DNA of 64,000 nucleotides from Paramecium tetraurelia. Its lineage: Eukaryota. A model generated the notes under the pieces. The model worked only from the letters and a program-made list of their open reading frames with translations. It was not told the DNA's origin and did not search any database. The stretch covers positions 62,001-126,000 of the forward strand of contig CT868185.1 of NCBI GenBank assembly GCA_000165425.1, written 5' to 3'. Shown one piece after another: positions 1-13,311 of the stretch. A program made the position numbers and the translations under genes. Each line of letters opens with the position of its first letter. Position 1 is the first letter of the stretch.

Positions 1-806
1 TTATTAATGAAAAAGGAGGCATTATTTGAGAAAAGTGCGAAAAGTGTCGATTAAATCTATAAAATCCAAGCATCTTCTATTAGAGTACCTAGCACTATCA
101 TGTTAAATATAAGTGTTTACTTCTTTATATAACTCAAGTATATGTAATTTGTTCTATTTATTATCATTTTAATTTTCGATAAGCGACTTTACATCTTTTA
201 TTATAAAAATAGCTATGTCTTGCAAATCGTAATATATTTATTTTACTATATCACCAATCAATTAATTGGTTTGAAATGATTCTACGACTTCAATTAAGGA
301 TTAAATGCTAATTCCTAAATTGCATTAATTTGATAATGCAAAATAAATTAATATATCACCATTGATTACGTCTTCATTAATAAATGTAGTTTAGGAGGCT
401 AGCTTATATAGATAAAAATAGTATTGTTGGCAGGCTTTTCCTAAAGGAGTGTTGTCGATTTGAATATTAATTTGTTTTGATATTAAAATTTTAGATAATT
501 CAACTCGAGCTACTGATGAACCTAAAATAGTATGAAGGAAAAGGAGGAGTTTTAACTTTTTTAATAAATTTCCCTCTTCCTAAGTCTCTATTTCAAAAAT
601 TTTAAATAAGGACTTCAAGAATTATGTCTAGGATAATGGATGCATGATAGTACTTTAATTTGCGCATTCTCGAAAAAGGAGTGCAGACGAATAGAAATTT
701 ACTAGGAGGATTAGAATTCATTGTTGTTATCGAATATGTTGAGATCTCTGAGGGCCTCCATGGTAGTTTGGGAGTTGCTTGGTAATTCCTTGAAATTAGT
801 AATCAT
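1..806 (-). CDS. Hypothetical protein, possibly ANTH/ENTH-like helical N-terminal domain (3' end runs off the window)
   Basis: Table-6 translation from ATG 806: MITNFKELPSNSQTTMEALRDLNIF. A 26-nt GTAC...CTAG intron restores the frame to ...LLKKLKLLLFLHTILGSS, which resembles an ANTH helix (inference). Confidence 0.6.
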
Positions 807-1005
807 AATAATAGATATTTTCAGTTTATTAATTTTGAGAAATCGATTAATGTTTTTTATGTTTCATAAAGAAATGGTAAGGTTAACAATTTAAGCGAAG
901 AGAAAATGAATTGGAAATAAATGCTTGTAAATATGAAGAAGATTGTAATTAAGTTATATAGTATAATAATAATTATTCAAATATTTATAAACAATATTAG
1001 GAGAG

Positions 1006-2076
1006 ATGAAGGCTGCTTGTCTATTTTACAATTAAAAAAGTAATAGTTACCTATTTATTTTAGCGTATCTTGGACCAACAATATTTGTGGTGCTGCAAAT
1101 TGGTTTGCATGTATGGGCTTACAAGGAATTCCTATTGTATTATTACATTTTTGGGTTGTTATATTAATGAACTATCAACTAGACCTTTCATGTTTGCTAC
1201 ATGCGGATTGTATTTCATAGTTCGAATCAAAGATCCTGGAACTATTCCAATAGTTAAAGTAGAAATTCCACTTGAGAACAATCAAATTGAAGTATAGATT
1301 GAAAATAACGTAAAAAGAGAAGTACTTAATGCTCAAGCAAATGATGAATCTAATGGTTAGATTTCACTAGATCAATTCAAAGATGGTCCAGACAATGACA
1401 ACACAATTTAAAAGTAATATATAATTTCATATAATTTTCAGATATTACCCAGAATAACAGCAATAACAACAAGCTGACAATCAGCACATCTTATCGGGTA
1501 GAGGAATGCTTTCATCTCCCTCATCTGAATAAGCAAAGATAAATACTCCAAACAAACAAACTTGTATAAGCACCTCAAATGCAGTAAGTCCTCCAACTTT
1601 AGCAGCAGAAAAGAGATTTTGTATGCAATGCTTAAATGAACAACCAATGAGAGCCAAACACTGCCAATATTGTAAGAAATGTATTCCAATGTTTGATCAC
1701 CATTGTCCTTGGATCGGCATTTGCATAGGGGAGAAGAATAAACTGATATTTCTGATCTACTTATTTGTCCAAATTGCCCAGCTGATTGTGGGGATAAGGA
1801 TCTCAGTTCAAAATATTGGATTACTGGTGGTTATGGGGATTATTGTAATCTTACTGATGACTCTATTGGGATTTCATACATTTTATGTTGCTAAGAATAT
1901 TACGACATGTAAAGTGATCAATAATATTAGGGGAATACTTGAGTTGGAAAAGGATTTCGTATATCGACCAGAATTCAAGATACCCATTTGATAAAGGTGT
2001 GCTCAATAACATTAGGTTGCTTCTCTAAATCTCATGTCAAACACAGATTTACGAATGGTAATTATAATCTTAATGA
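1006..2076 (+). CDS. DHHC-type zinc-finger palmitoyltransferase
   Basis: Cys-rich domain C..C..EQPMRAKHCQYCKKCIPMFDHHCPWIGICIGEKN, TM helices, NITTWE and YPFDKG motifs. Three short GT-AG introns; TGA 2074-2076. Confidence 0.93.
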
Positions 2077-2153
2077 ATACTTTTATTTTGAAATAAATTC
2101 AAATTTATTTATATTAAGATTTTTATCATATATTTTCAAAACATCTTTTGAAA

Positions 2154-3589
2154 ATGTAATCTCTCTTTGTCAAGTGTTAAAAATGTTAACAAAGACCTGC
2201 TACCATTAAGTGTAATCAGTGTAGATATGGTCAAACCTACAGGTTATGCTATTCATGCGATTCTCAAATTCATAATCGAACTGGCCCTGTAGATCAGCAA
2301 CACAAAACTGAAATCATACCATATCAAGGTATTTAATAACATAAACTCGATCATTAGAAATGTACTAGAAAAATTAGGGTAATGCACCTGTTCCCTAAAA
2401 AAATGATTAAAGAAATTCATTCAAAAAAAATGATTACAAACCTCAACCTCAAGTTCCAACCAAGGACTTCCTAAACAATGAACCTAAGAAGCCTGATTAT
2501 TCCAAAACCATCGATATTAATAGGGTCAGCAATAAACATGATTATTTGGATAAAAAAATCGATAGTCATGACAGAAGAGCTGATCAATAATATCTTTCTA
2601 ATGATAAAAGACCCTACTCTTCCAACTAAAAGATTACTTCTGATAATGACAGAAGTAGTCAACAATTAATCAGCTAATTAAAAGAAGAATAATAGTAAAC
2701 AGAAAGATTAAGAGCAGAATTATCATAGGCTAATCAAAAAGAAAGGGAAGCCTAAAGAAGATTGTACATAAATATTTATATTTTAGACAAAAATTAGAGT
2801 AAGAATTTGACCAAAAAATCAGAGAGGATAAATAAAAAATTTAATAATTAACTGAAGAAAATAGAAATTTGAATAATAAATTAAATTAAACAAACAAACA
2901 TATCTAAGAAGAAGTCAATAAAGTTAGAAATCAATATGAAGATCAAATCAATGAGTTAGAATAGATTCTAAACGAAAAAAATTAGTAATTAGAAAGTATT
3001 GCTCAAGAATACAACTTAGTAATTATTAAAGTAAATTTATTAGGAAGAATTACAGTAAACTCTTAATGAATTACAGTAAGAATCTTCTATGAAAGATCAA
3101 ATTATTGAATAATTATAATAAAATCTACATGATAATCAAGAAGAATTCCAATAAATGAGGGAAGAATTGATGAATAATTCCAAAAAGAATTTATAATCAT
3201 CAAATAAAAAATCAGTGAAAAGTAATGATAATCAAAAAGATGAGTTGATCCAAGAATTAAGCTAATAATTAGAAGCTAAAGATGAGGAAATTCATAAATT
3301 AGAGGGTAAACTTAATATTTATTCATATTAAGATTTAATTGAGAATTTCAAGTAATTATATTAACACATGAGCGATGAGAAATAACAGTTATAGGAAGAA
3401 GTAGAGAAGTTGGCAAATGAAAATAATTAATTTAGAGATATATTCAGTGTATGAAACAATTATTATTGATTATAGCAAAACTTACATCTTTTTGGAATAG
3501 ATCCTGAGTAATTAAATGAGGAAGGAGAGGAAGGCGAGAACGAATATCCGGAGGAGATTGCTGAAGAAAATGATGATCAAAATGATTGA
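2154..3589 (+). CDS. B-box zinc-finger / coiled-coil protein
   Basis: N-terminus KCQKCQQRPATIKCNQC...LCYSCDSQIH fits B-box spacing. It is followed by a Q/E/K-rich coiled coil and acidic tail, with several ~25-nt introns. Confidence 0.8.
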
Positions 3590-3679
3590 TTTTTAAATCA
3601 ATAATAAGAAATTAATTCTTAATTTAATATTTGAGTTGTTTTTTACTTCCCAATAATTGATTATGTTGTCATTTATAAA

Positions 3680-5409
3680 ATGAATAAATACACTTTAAGA
3701 TTTAATAATCCAAATCTTGAGCAATAGTATTTTGCAGATCAATTTAATGAACTCTTTAAGTTTTACACCTGGGCTTGCATATTAGGAACTATAAGTGCCA
3801 TATGTGTATTTTGCATGGAGTTTTTTCAGCCTTTTGGATTTGGGCCATTAAAGTACGGATTGGGGTTGATTCCAATTAGCTTTTATATAAGCCATAAAAT
3901 TGTAAGAAAGTACCCTGACCTATTTAATATAATTCTGGCCTTTACAAATTTTTTGCTCGGGGTGATGATCTACTTTTTATTGTTTGTATTCGCCAATTCT
4001 AATGTTCTATTTTTGGCTGGGTAAACGGTAGCTATGGTTTAATATAGTTTAATGTTAGGATCCAACATAATTGCCAAATTTGCAATTTTATTGCTTAATT
4101 AAATTGGATTAATGATCATGTGCACATACGTTTAGGAGTTTTTTAATTCATTACAACTAATGTTTATTTTAGCTTTGTTCTTGGTTCTGAAATCACTTTG
4201 GATATAAGAGAAAATGAAACGGATGTTTTTTCTGCTCAAAACCGAAGATACTCAATTACAACAATCTCTAGATAATGTATTTCAATTCAAAATTATTTAA
4301 TGCTCCTTCAACGAGGAAATAAATGCATTTTAGCTTTTACATGTAAATAAGTAGGCTACTTAATTAATTAAGGATTAAGAAGATTTTACAACATTAATAA
4401 GAAATTATAAAGTAGTCACTTTTCAACATTCAAATCCTCTAAAACATGATTCTGAATAAACAATTAGTGCTCTAGCTTAATTGAAGTAAACCTTAGAATA
4501 AGTGTTGCTTAAAACAATCAAGGAAAACATAAGTGAAACATCAGCTGAGATCTCGTCTCAAAAATTCAAACAAATTTACAAAGTATCTTTGTAAAATTGT
4601 TTAAATAATGGCCATCCAAGAATAATCATTTTACTTCAGGAAGATACTCAATGCAAAAAAATGATATAACTGAAGAAGAAAAACTATAGATACAAATTTT
4701 TGAATCACCATTTATCTAATTGTTTTGATAATTCTCGTTTGTCCTTAGGCTACTTGAAATGCTTGTTGAATCAGTAATAGTTAATAAATAAAAATCAATA
4801 ACTAATTTTAAAAAGGTCTATATAATTTCTATACAAGACTATATTTGGATACTATAATATGAAATTATTTATTGGTACTACTAAATTTGGAGACTTGAAG
4901 GATTTTCACTTTTCATAACTTTTTAGTGACATTTAATAGATGTGGGGCATATACGATCCAAAATAGGAGATGGAAATATATTTCAAGCAAGGTTAAACTC
5001 AATGCTATTCTAATTATGCAATGATTCTTCAGTTAATTTTAAATGTGATTGTTATCAACATTAGTTAATTAGATTGTTAGAAAATCTTTGTTACTGTAAT
5101 TATTGCATGTATATAATATAGGTTATTAAAAATTAAATTGAAGGAGTTGAAGTGGTTTGTTGTTTGATTACATTTAAGACAGAATATAATTAATTCAGAC
5201 AATACTAGACAAGAGAATAAAGATATTTGAATATAATTTTGGAGAAGGTGAATAAGAAAATCTTACAGGAAATATGTTTAACATAAGCAATGTGTATTAT
5301 AAACAATAAAAGCGACAGGAGGATTGAATTTAATGTAATATAAAATCTGAACGAATTTAAATTGAACCTTGAACACACTGATTAATTAAATACTATTGTG
5401 AATATTTGA
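3680..5409 (+). CDS. Multi-pass membrane protein, ciliate family resembling degenerate sensor histidine kinases
   Basis: MNKYTLRFNNPNLEQQY start, about 5-6 hydrophobic segments, then a long soluble C-terminal part. No intact H-box is visible. End approximate. Confidence 0.6.
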
Positions 5410-5826
5410 GAATTATAAATTAAATTATTAATAAATGAAATAATTATATATCAATAAAGAGTAATCCGTTTGAATATTACTTGCATAGCATGAGAAAGTT
5501 CAAAATTGTTTAATATAAATAGGTATATATAATGGCAATTGCATTTTTAATGATTTGGTAATGATATTAAATTTTTACCATATATATGACGTAAAGTTGA
5601 TGTATTTTAACACTCTTACATGTGATAATAATCGATTAGCTTTGAGTTGGAGGAATGGAACAACTTATAAATGGATTTCAATATTCCTCAGATGATCAAG
5701 TAGTAAAACATAATTATTGAGGAATTGGAAGTAGTTGATAAGGAATGTGAGATAGGAGGTATTTGTGATTAAATTGTGCTTAAAAAATTTCAGTGATATA
5801 AATTTATATTTTATAAATAAATTTTA

Positions 5827-7435
5827 ATGGATAATGGTCCATGGTATTCTAAAAAGGAGGGTAGTCCTCTCAAATTATCTAGAAATGCTTCAATAACATC
5901 TCCTAGAAGAATGGATAATTCTGAGTTGAAATTAATAAGGGAATACAATAGTCAGGTTTCAATTCCTGATCATTAAATACTGTCTTTTGATCATTTGTTG
6001 GATGAAATCAATTTTGGAAAATTCTAATACTGGATATATGGTATTATGGCCTTGATGAGTATTAGTGAAGGAGCTTAAATTACTATATTTACATTAATGG
6101 TCCCCATATTAAAAAATGAATGGCACATTTCCGATTCATTAAATTCGTTATAAGCCAGTTTTGTTTTTGTAATAGTGTCATCTTAATTCAGGTAGGATAT
6201 TTAGTAGGTTCAATGCTGTCAGGACAATTGGCTGATAGAGTTGGCAGAAAGAAACCATTTCTAATTAGTTCATTTTTTACATGTCTATTGTCCTTAGGAA
6301 CCATCGCATGCTAAGAAATTTATTCACTTTTGATAGTCAGAGCATTACTAGGAATTCTGGGTATTATACAATCAATTAATATATAGTTGGTCTCTTTGCC
6401 CCTTGTGGAGTCACAATGATCTCAGAGATTACCCCTGGTCATTTAAGAGGGAGATATATGGGCTTAATAACTTTGACATTTGCTATAGGTCAACTGTTTG
6501 GGTTGTTTGTAGCTGAATTTACATTGACATCATTGGATGAAGGTAATTGGAGATTACTGACCTTTTGGTGTTGCCTACCAGGATTCTTGGCTTGGTTTAT
6601 TAGTATATTTCGGTTGAGGGAGAGTCCTAGGTTTGCTTTGTTAAGTGGATAGAAGGATCTAGCTTACAATATTATCTAAGAAATGATTAATTCAAATCAA
6701 GCTTCAATTCAATTTAATGATGAAATGAAGATTAAATTATCCAATTGGACTCATGCAATGAATAGAATTGCCAAAAATCAAAATAATGTATTTAGTTTTT
6801 CTATCTTGAGGCTTCAATAACATCACTATTTGAGAATAATAGATTCTTTCTGACAATTTTAATTTGGTTTAATTGGCTTATACTTTCATTTGTTTATTAT
6901 GGAATCGTACTTTTATTACCAGACATATTGTCACATATTGAACAAGGTCAGACTGGAAGAGATAAGATAATTTAATTAGTAGTATCCTGCATTAGTGATA
7001 TTTTGGGTGCTGTAGCAGCTGCTTTCTTTATTGAATTAAAAGGGTTTGGAAGAAAGAACTCTTTAATAATATTCTTTACTATACAAGCCATAACAGCACT
7101 AATGGGATTTTATGATATTGAACATCGTTTTATATATTGGGCAACCGCATCTAAGTTTTTTCTATCTATGACTTTCATCTTTTCGTATCAAAACTCGATT
7201 TAATTTTAGATTTTAATATACAGCTGAAGTATACCCAACTAAAATAAGGACAACAGGAATAGGTATGGCCAATGGAATAGGAAGATTAGGAGGAGTGATC
7301 ATGCCGTGGATATGCATGTATATGAATAGCCAGAAATTGCGAAGTCCTTTTGTGTTGTTTTCCGTTCTCTCTGTTATTACGTCATTATCAAATTGTTTTT
7401 TGCCATTTGAAACCTTAGGAAAAGAATTGGAATGA
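5827..7435 (+). CDS. Major facilitator superfamily transporter (SVOP/sugar-porter-like)
   Basis: GQLADRVGRK, SEITPGHLRGR, ESPRF, GFGRK and AEVYPTKIRTTGIG motifs; short introns; TGA 7433-7435. Confidence 0.93.
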
Positions 7436-7463
7436 CTAATTAAGATATAAATTATTATTAAAT

Positions 7464-7949
7464 ATGGAAATCACAGAAGAATAACTCATTCAAGAAGCAG
7501 TGAAAGCCAAAGAAAGAGCATATTGTCCATATTCAAACTTTAGAGTAGGATGCTCCTTGTTGACCAAAAACAATAAATTATATACAGGATGTAATGTTGA
7601 AAATGCAAGTTATGGTCTCTGTGTTTGTGCTGAGCGTGTAGCCATATGCAAAGCAGTAAGTGAAGGAGACCGTCAAATTTCAACTATTGTAGTTTCAAGG
7701 TACATCTACATACTAAAATTTAAGTGACACTGATGAGCCCACATTCCCTTGTGGTATGTGTAGATAAACAATCATTGAAGTAATAAGCATCAATTATAAG
7801 ACTAGTTTTGTTACCCTGGTAACGATATTAAGATTATCGCAATTGGAAAGGATCATACTAAACCAAAATATTCAAAGGGCACCGAAGTTATACCGTTTGC
7901 ATTTGTTCCTAAAGATCTCAATGTAGATCCTTAATTGGAATAAAAATGA
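7464..7949 (+). CDS. CDA: Cytidine deaminase (homotetrameric type)
   Basis: AYCPYSNFRVG, GCNVENASYG, CAERVAI and PCGMCRQ zinc motifs; two 25-26 nt introns. Confidence 0.95.
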
Positions 7950-8304
7950 CAAAATATTTAATAAGAAACAAAAAAATCCACATTCCCATCATGTTTTAAG
8001 TAATGCTATTTACTATTATGTTTGCTTCCTCATCCAGTTAAACACAAAATATTATTCTAATATTCTTTATGATCCTAACGTAAAAATCAATAGTCATAAT
8101 TTCATTTCACAACTTTTTTAATGGATATCAAGTATTTATGATTAATAATGGTGTTTTTATTATTTACCTATTGTATTTAATCCCATATTCTTCAACAGAG
8201 ACTTTCTGAATCACAAATTCAATTTTGAAACTATACATTATTTATTCAATTATTTGTAGTTTGTATTACCTCCAAAAAACAATATTTAATTAATAAAAAA
8301 GTTC

Positions 8305-8932
8305 ATGGCTTTTGTTAGCATTACTAATATTGTGGTGGAAGACAAACCCCAACCATTTACAAGTCCAATAACAATGGATATTTACTTTGATGTTATAGCT
8401 GACATAGAAGACGAAATAGAATGGACGTACAGATTTCATTATTATTATTAGACTTCTTTATATAGGTTCTCCAAAAGATGAAGCCCATGATTAAATATTG
8501 GACTAATTTTCTATGGGACCATTGACTAAAGGAACAAAGCAATTTACTCTTGAATCAAACCCTCCTGATTGGAAAAAAATTCCACAAGATGAAGTATTGG
8601 GTATCACTGCTTTCATCTTGACTTGTTCATACAGATAGAGAGAATTTTTTAGAGTCGGATATTATGTCTATAACACCTACACTTCTCCTGAAAACATTGA
8701 AAACGATCCTTAAGAAGTGATTATCGAAGATATTGCCAGATAAATCTTCAATAATAAACCCCGCATAACGAGATTTGAAATCGATTGGAATAACCCTGCA
8801 AATTCTGAAGTTCAACAACAGCCAATTGAAACTAAAGCATACATGTTTTCAGAATAATAAGAAAAATAGTCAGCAGATGCAACTGAAATTTATGGTGCTT
8901 TGCATTAGATTCAAAATGTATTTGACTCTTGA
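8305..8932 (+). CDS. ASF1: Histone chaperone ASF1
   Basis: YIGSPKDEAHDQILD, LGITAFILTCSYRQREFFRVGYYV and PRITRFEIDW match the ASF1 core; one short intron. Confidence 0.95.
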
Positions 8933-9373
8933 TCATATATATAATTAAAACTTATCATTAATTTATTATTATAATAAATATCATTATTAATTTTCACCCT
9001 TGAAACATTTCAGCATCAAACATCAATCAATTCTCATCAAATAGACTTGGAAAATAGAACTTATCTCATTACTATTCTAGCAAATAGTAAGCAGTTAATT
9101 ATTCTAAAAAAAGAATAATTGTAATAGGTATCGGAATCTTTGATTTTCAATTAAATAATTCTTCACCTATTAAAACTTAAAAATTAAGTGACTCTAACAT
9201 AGTATAATTTATCTTCATATACTATAAATCAGATTTCCTTTTTGAGGTGAAAATTTCATAGATTTTATAATAAATAATTAAGAGATAGAATCAATTGGGA
9301 GACAAGATTAATAATTAAATTATATAGATGATCAATTAATAATGGTTAACTTTGATATATATTAAATTATTTA

Positions 9374-10104
9374 TCAGCATTTACATTTTCCTTCATTTAA
9401 ATTTGCAGATTATTTCATTAGTTTTAGTTGTGATTGCTCTCCTCCTCGAAATCCAGTTTTCTATTTACAAAGATCTAACTAATAATTATCATAGCTCACC
9501 TATAAATAAGCATTCAAAACATTGATTCACATTTTCTGGCACTTGTGCAGATATTTCAAATACTTTCCATTTATTTTACTTTACAAATTATTTAATATCA
9601 TCCTCTGATACTTATCTACAACTTGGATTTTTTTAGACCAAATCTAACTTGTTTCCCACAATTATTATTTGAATATCACCATCTCCGTGATGTTTTAATT
9701 CTTAAATCCAAAGTTGCAGTTTTTCAAGACTCGTTTTATTGGTTAAATCAAAAATTGCTAATGCTCCAACTACCTTTCTAAAATGACTTGATGTGTCAAT
9801 AATAAATAATCTACCTATTAGTAAGTGAACGATATCTCTCTTAACCAGCTTCCTATAATCATTCAGTACCTGTGTCCCAAATCTGGGCTTTGATTCTTGA
9901 TCCATCAGATAAGGTGACGAATTTGGTTTCAAATTCTACGCCTATAGTTGGTACAGTTTTCTTTGGAATCATTCCCTTCAAATAATTTTGCCAAATACAC
10001 GTCTTCCCAACATCACACTCTCCAACCAAAGCAACTTCGTATTAAATGTTAATTGTACTTTTGAAGGAATAGTCACACTCTTCTTCCTTAATTTCCTTTT
10101 GCAT
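9374..10104 (-). CDS. Rab-family small GTPase
   Basis: GECDVGKT, PTIGVEF, IWDTAGQERYRSLT, VGNKLDL and EISA motifs. C-terminal CKC prenylation signal; short introns. Confidence 0.93.
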
Positions 10105-10220
10105 AAATTAATAATTTATATTACTTTTTAAGAATTTATTACAAATTACGAATTCTGTATAGAAAATGAGTAGTTTTATTCATTCATTTTACTTCCCCTT
10201 ATATTTAATTTATTTACAAT

Positions 10221-11876
10221 ATGTCAGAAGAAAATCCCCCTGAAAAAGAGCCAGTCCTCCAAGAAAGCAAATAGGAACAAGTGCAACAACCTTCAATAGA
10301 AGGATAAATTCAATAGGAACAATAAGTGAAAGAGGATACCCAAAAATAAGTCGAGAATTAAGAAAACTAAGAAAAGAAGGAAATAGCTACAGAATAGATT
10401 AAATAAGACCAAGAGGTCAAGGAAATCATACAAGAAAAATAAGAAGCATCTGAGACCTCAGAATAAATCGTTTAGAAAGAAGCCGAATCAGATATTACTA
10501 AAAATGAAAAAACCAATGAAGAAACTTAAGTTAAAGAGTAAGAAGAAAAATAAGAAATCGCTGAAAAGGGGGCAGAAACTACCACTCAAAATTTGGATAA
10601 TTTATTCTTAAAAGCCGATTATAGTTTTCCTGTATTTTTCACATTCTATATATTAGATCGAAATAAAAGTCTGTGATCCTGTTTAAAAAAGTGGAGGTAT
10701 TTCAAACTATGTAGTTTACACCATCAAAGGAAAAGATTGCTTTGGAGATTTTGAAACACAGAGAAGATTTAATGAATTCTTCACAATTAGAGAATTACTC
10801 TTAGCCAAATGGCCAGGATAATATGTACCCCCTATTCCTGAGAAATCTGTCAGTACGGGATCAGAGATCATAATGGAAAGGACAAGATTGCTTAATATTT
10901 TTTGTATGAAGATGATGTAGATTAAGCATCTCTATTATTCAGAAGAATTTTATGATATCTTTTTAAGGTCAACAAATCCTGATATAAACAAGGTATTTTG
11001 ATATATACTATCCATATAGCAAATTTCTTAGATACCCAAGTAAAATGTATTTGCTTACACAGATCGATACAAGCAAGCATTTTAAATCAATGAGATTAAG
11101 GAAATCTCACCCGAAATGATTAAGAAAATGAGTGGGGTTTAATCCTTTTTAAAATTATCCTAAGCCACTTTAGTCAAATAATTGGAATAAACCAGAACTT
11201 TAAGTTCTAGTCGAAAATAATTGAAGGAAACATTTTTCACAATCTTTGGACTCAATATATCTGAATATGAAAAGTAGATTCTTCAAGAATGGGTACCATA
11301 AAATAAATTGATATTTGCTAACCCTGCTAATACAGATATTTTAGAATTAGCCAAAAAGATTGTATTTTAAATATCTAAATATAGAGAGATCCAAATAACA
11401 ATTCTCTTGACAAAATTTAAGACTTAATCCTAATAGAGTAAAGAGATATTGAAGCATTTTTATAAGCTTTTTAAACTAGAGATTCTTTGATGCAATCCAA
11501 ATAAAAGGCTGAGTAAAAGCTGAGTGAAGAATAAACAGATTTATACAAAATTATGAAAGGTAACTCAACAATGAAGGGTTCTTTTAGTAAATTAAGTCTT
11601 GAGGAGTAAAAGTAAAAATTGGAAATCTAATTAAATGAGGTAATTTCAATTATTGATCTTTAGACTCAAAAAGAGGTTGACTAATATAAACTATTATTTT
11701 AATTGGTTACAGACGTGTTGACATCCTATACAATTGACAAATTTAAAAAAGACAAACATTAGACTTACAAATCTATTCTGGCAGATTTAGCTTAATGCGA
11801 ATAGCAATATTTGGATATCCAATAATAATTTTGGTCCAAAGTAGAATAAGTGATAACATAATGTTAAGAACCTTGA
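10221..11876 (+). CDS. PX-domain sorting nexin with C-terminal helical (BAR/Vps5-like) region
   Basis: E/Q/K-rich N-terminus, then YVVYTIKG...QRRFNEFFTIRELLLAKWPGQYVPPIPEK (PX signature), then coiled coil. Confidence 0.88.
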
Positions 11877-12329
11877 AAATTTATTCATAAATAGAAAAGT
11901 TTTAATTTAAATAATCATTAAGAATTCTATATTAAAGTTAATTCCTTATCTCAAAGATTGTGGTATTTCTGGTATAGAAAATATTATGAAATAATGCACA
12001 CCTCCTAGTTCTATAAAGAAATATGGTTGGTTTTCCATTTCTTAAGCCTCAGAGCATCAATACAATATAAAATACATCTTAACAAAAAATCATTGTGAAT
12101 TATTAAAAAATCTAAGGATTTATTTTAGTAAAACAAAAAGTTATTCGAAAAACAACTCCAATCATTATATTAAAAATATTTAAAGGTTTAGCATCAATAT
12201 TATAACTTCTAAATTAATAAATAAATTTTATTTTTAGATTGAATTTGAAACTACAATTTATTGTTTGCAAAAAATACTGGAATTAATTATAATATAGAAG
12301 GTAGAACAATTTTAGTATTTAATTGTAAG

Positions 12330-13279
12330 ATCAACAAAGTATTTAAGTATTATTTAATAATATAAATCGCAATTAAGTAAATTGAATATTATTAAAGAAC
12401 TCGAATTTTTTCTGATCACAATTTAATTAAAATATTACTGAGCTCCAAGTTCTGATTATAAAATCTCGTATCTATTATATCTAGATAGACCTAGATAATT
12501 TTTTAGTAATAAGAACAAATGTTGATCCTAGCATTCTAGAAAAAGTTGGTTCTATCATTTAACCAAGCTTAGAAATTGGAAATATACAATTACTACAACT
12601 TTAATTTCCTGATCATAGAAGAATGGATTAGGTTTGTGAGTTTTTTAAGATTTTTAAAAAGGGAAATAATATAATCATTTGTTTTTTCCACCCATTAGAT
12701 TGACAAGATTTCTTTGGCTAAACACTGTTCTATAAGCAGTGTTATAATCGTGTTCAAATGGGATGACTTTTTCTTTTTTTAGTGGAGGTAGAGTCTTGAT
12801 TCTACTTTTACAACCAATGGGACTAGGTGTACCAATTCTCAAATTAGCATAGTTTTTTGTGTTCTGTTCTGTAATTATGACTCTTTGGGAAGGGTAGCTT
12901 CCGATTTCCTGGATTTTGAATTCATAATAAGCAACCAGAGAAGGTTGAGATTTTTTTCTATGTTATTATAAAAACATTAAAAAATTGAATTAAAATTTGT
13001 AGGGATTTTCAATTCTTTAAGTAATGATTTTCTGAAATGATATAAATTCAGTGATATTTTCAATTCAATTGTCCTCACTTTGTTTTCCTAATATTTCATT
13101 TATTCGATTCTGGAGAATCCTTTTCTCTTGGTTCGATTCTGCTAATTCACCATTAACTTTTTCATATTCTTATTGAATCATTTGATATTGCTATTTCGAT
13201 ATGAGACAATACATACCTTCATGAGAATGGCATACTTCTTCTTTAATTCCTTGTACTTAGTTTCATTATATGAATCCAT
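12330..13279 (-). CDS. Hypothetical protein (3' end uncertain)
   Basis: ATG 13279 MDSYNETKYKELKKKYAILMK, then a GT-AG intron and continued table-6 frame. The stop position was not firmly resolved. Confidence 0.5.
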
Positions 13280-13311
13280 CGATTTAACAAATATTAATTT
13301 TATTAATTATT

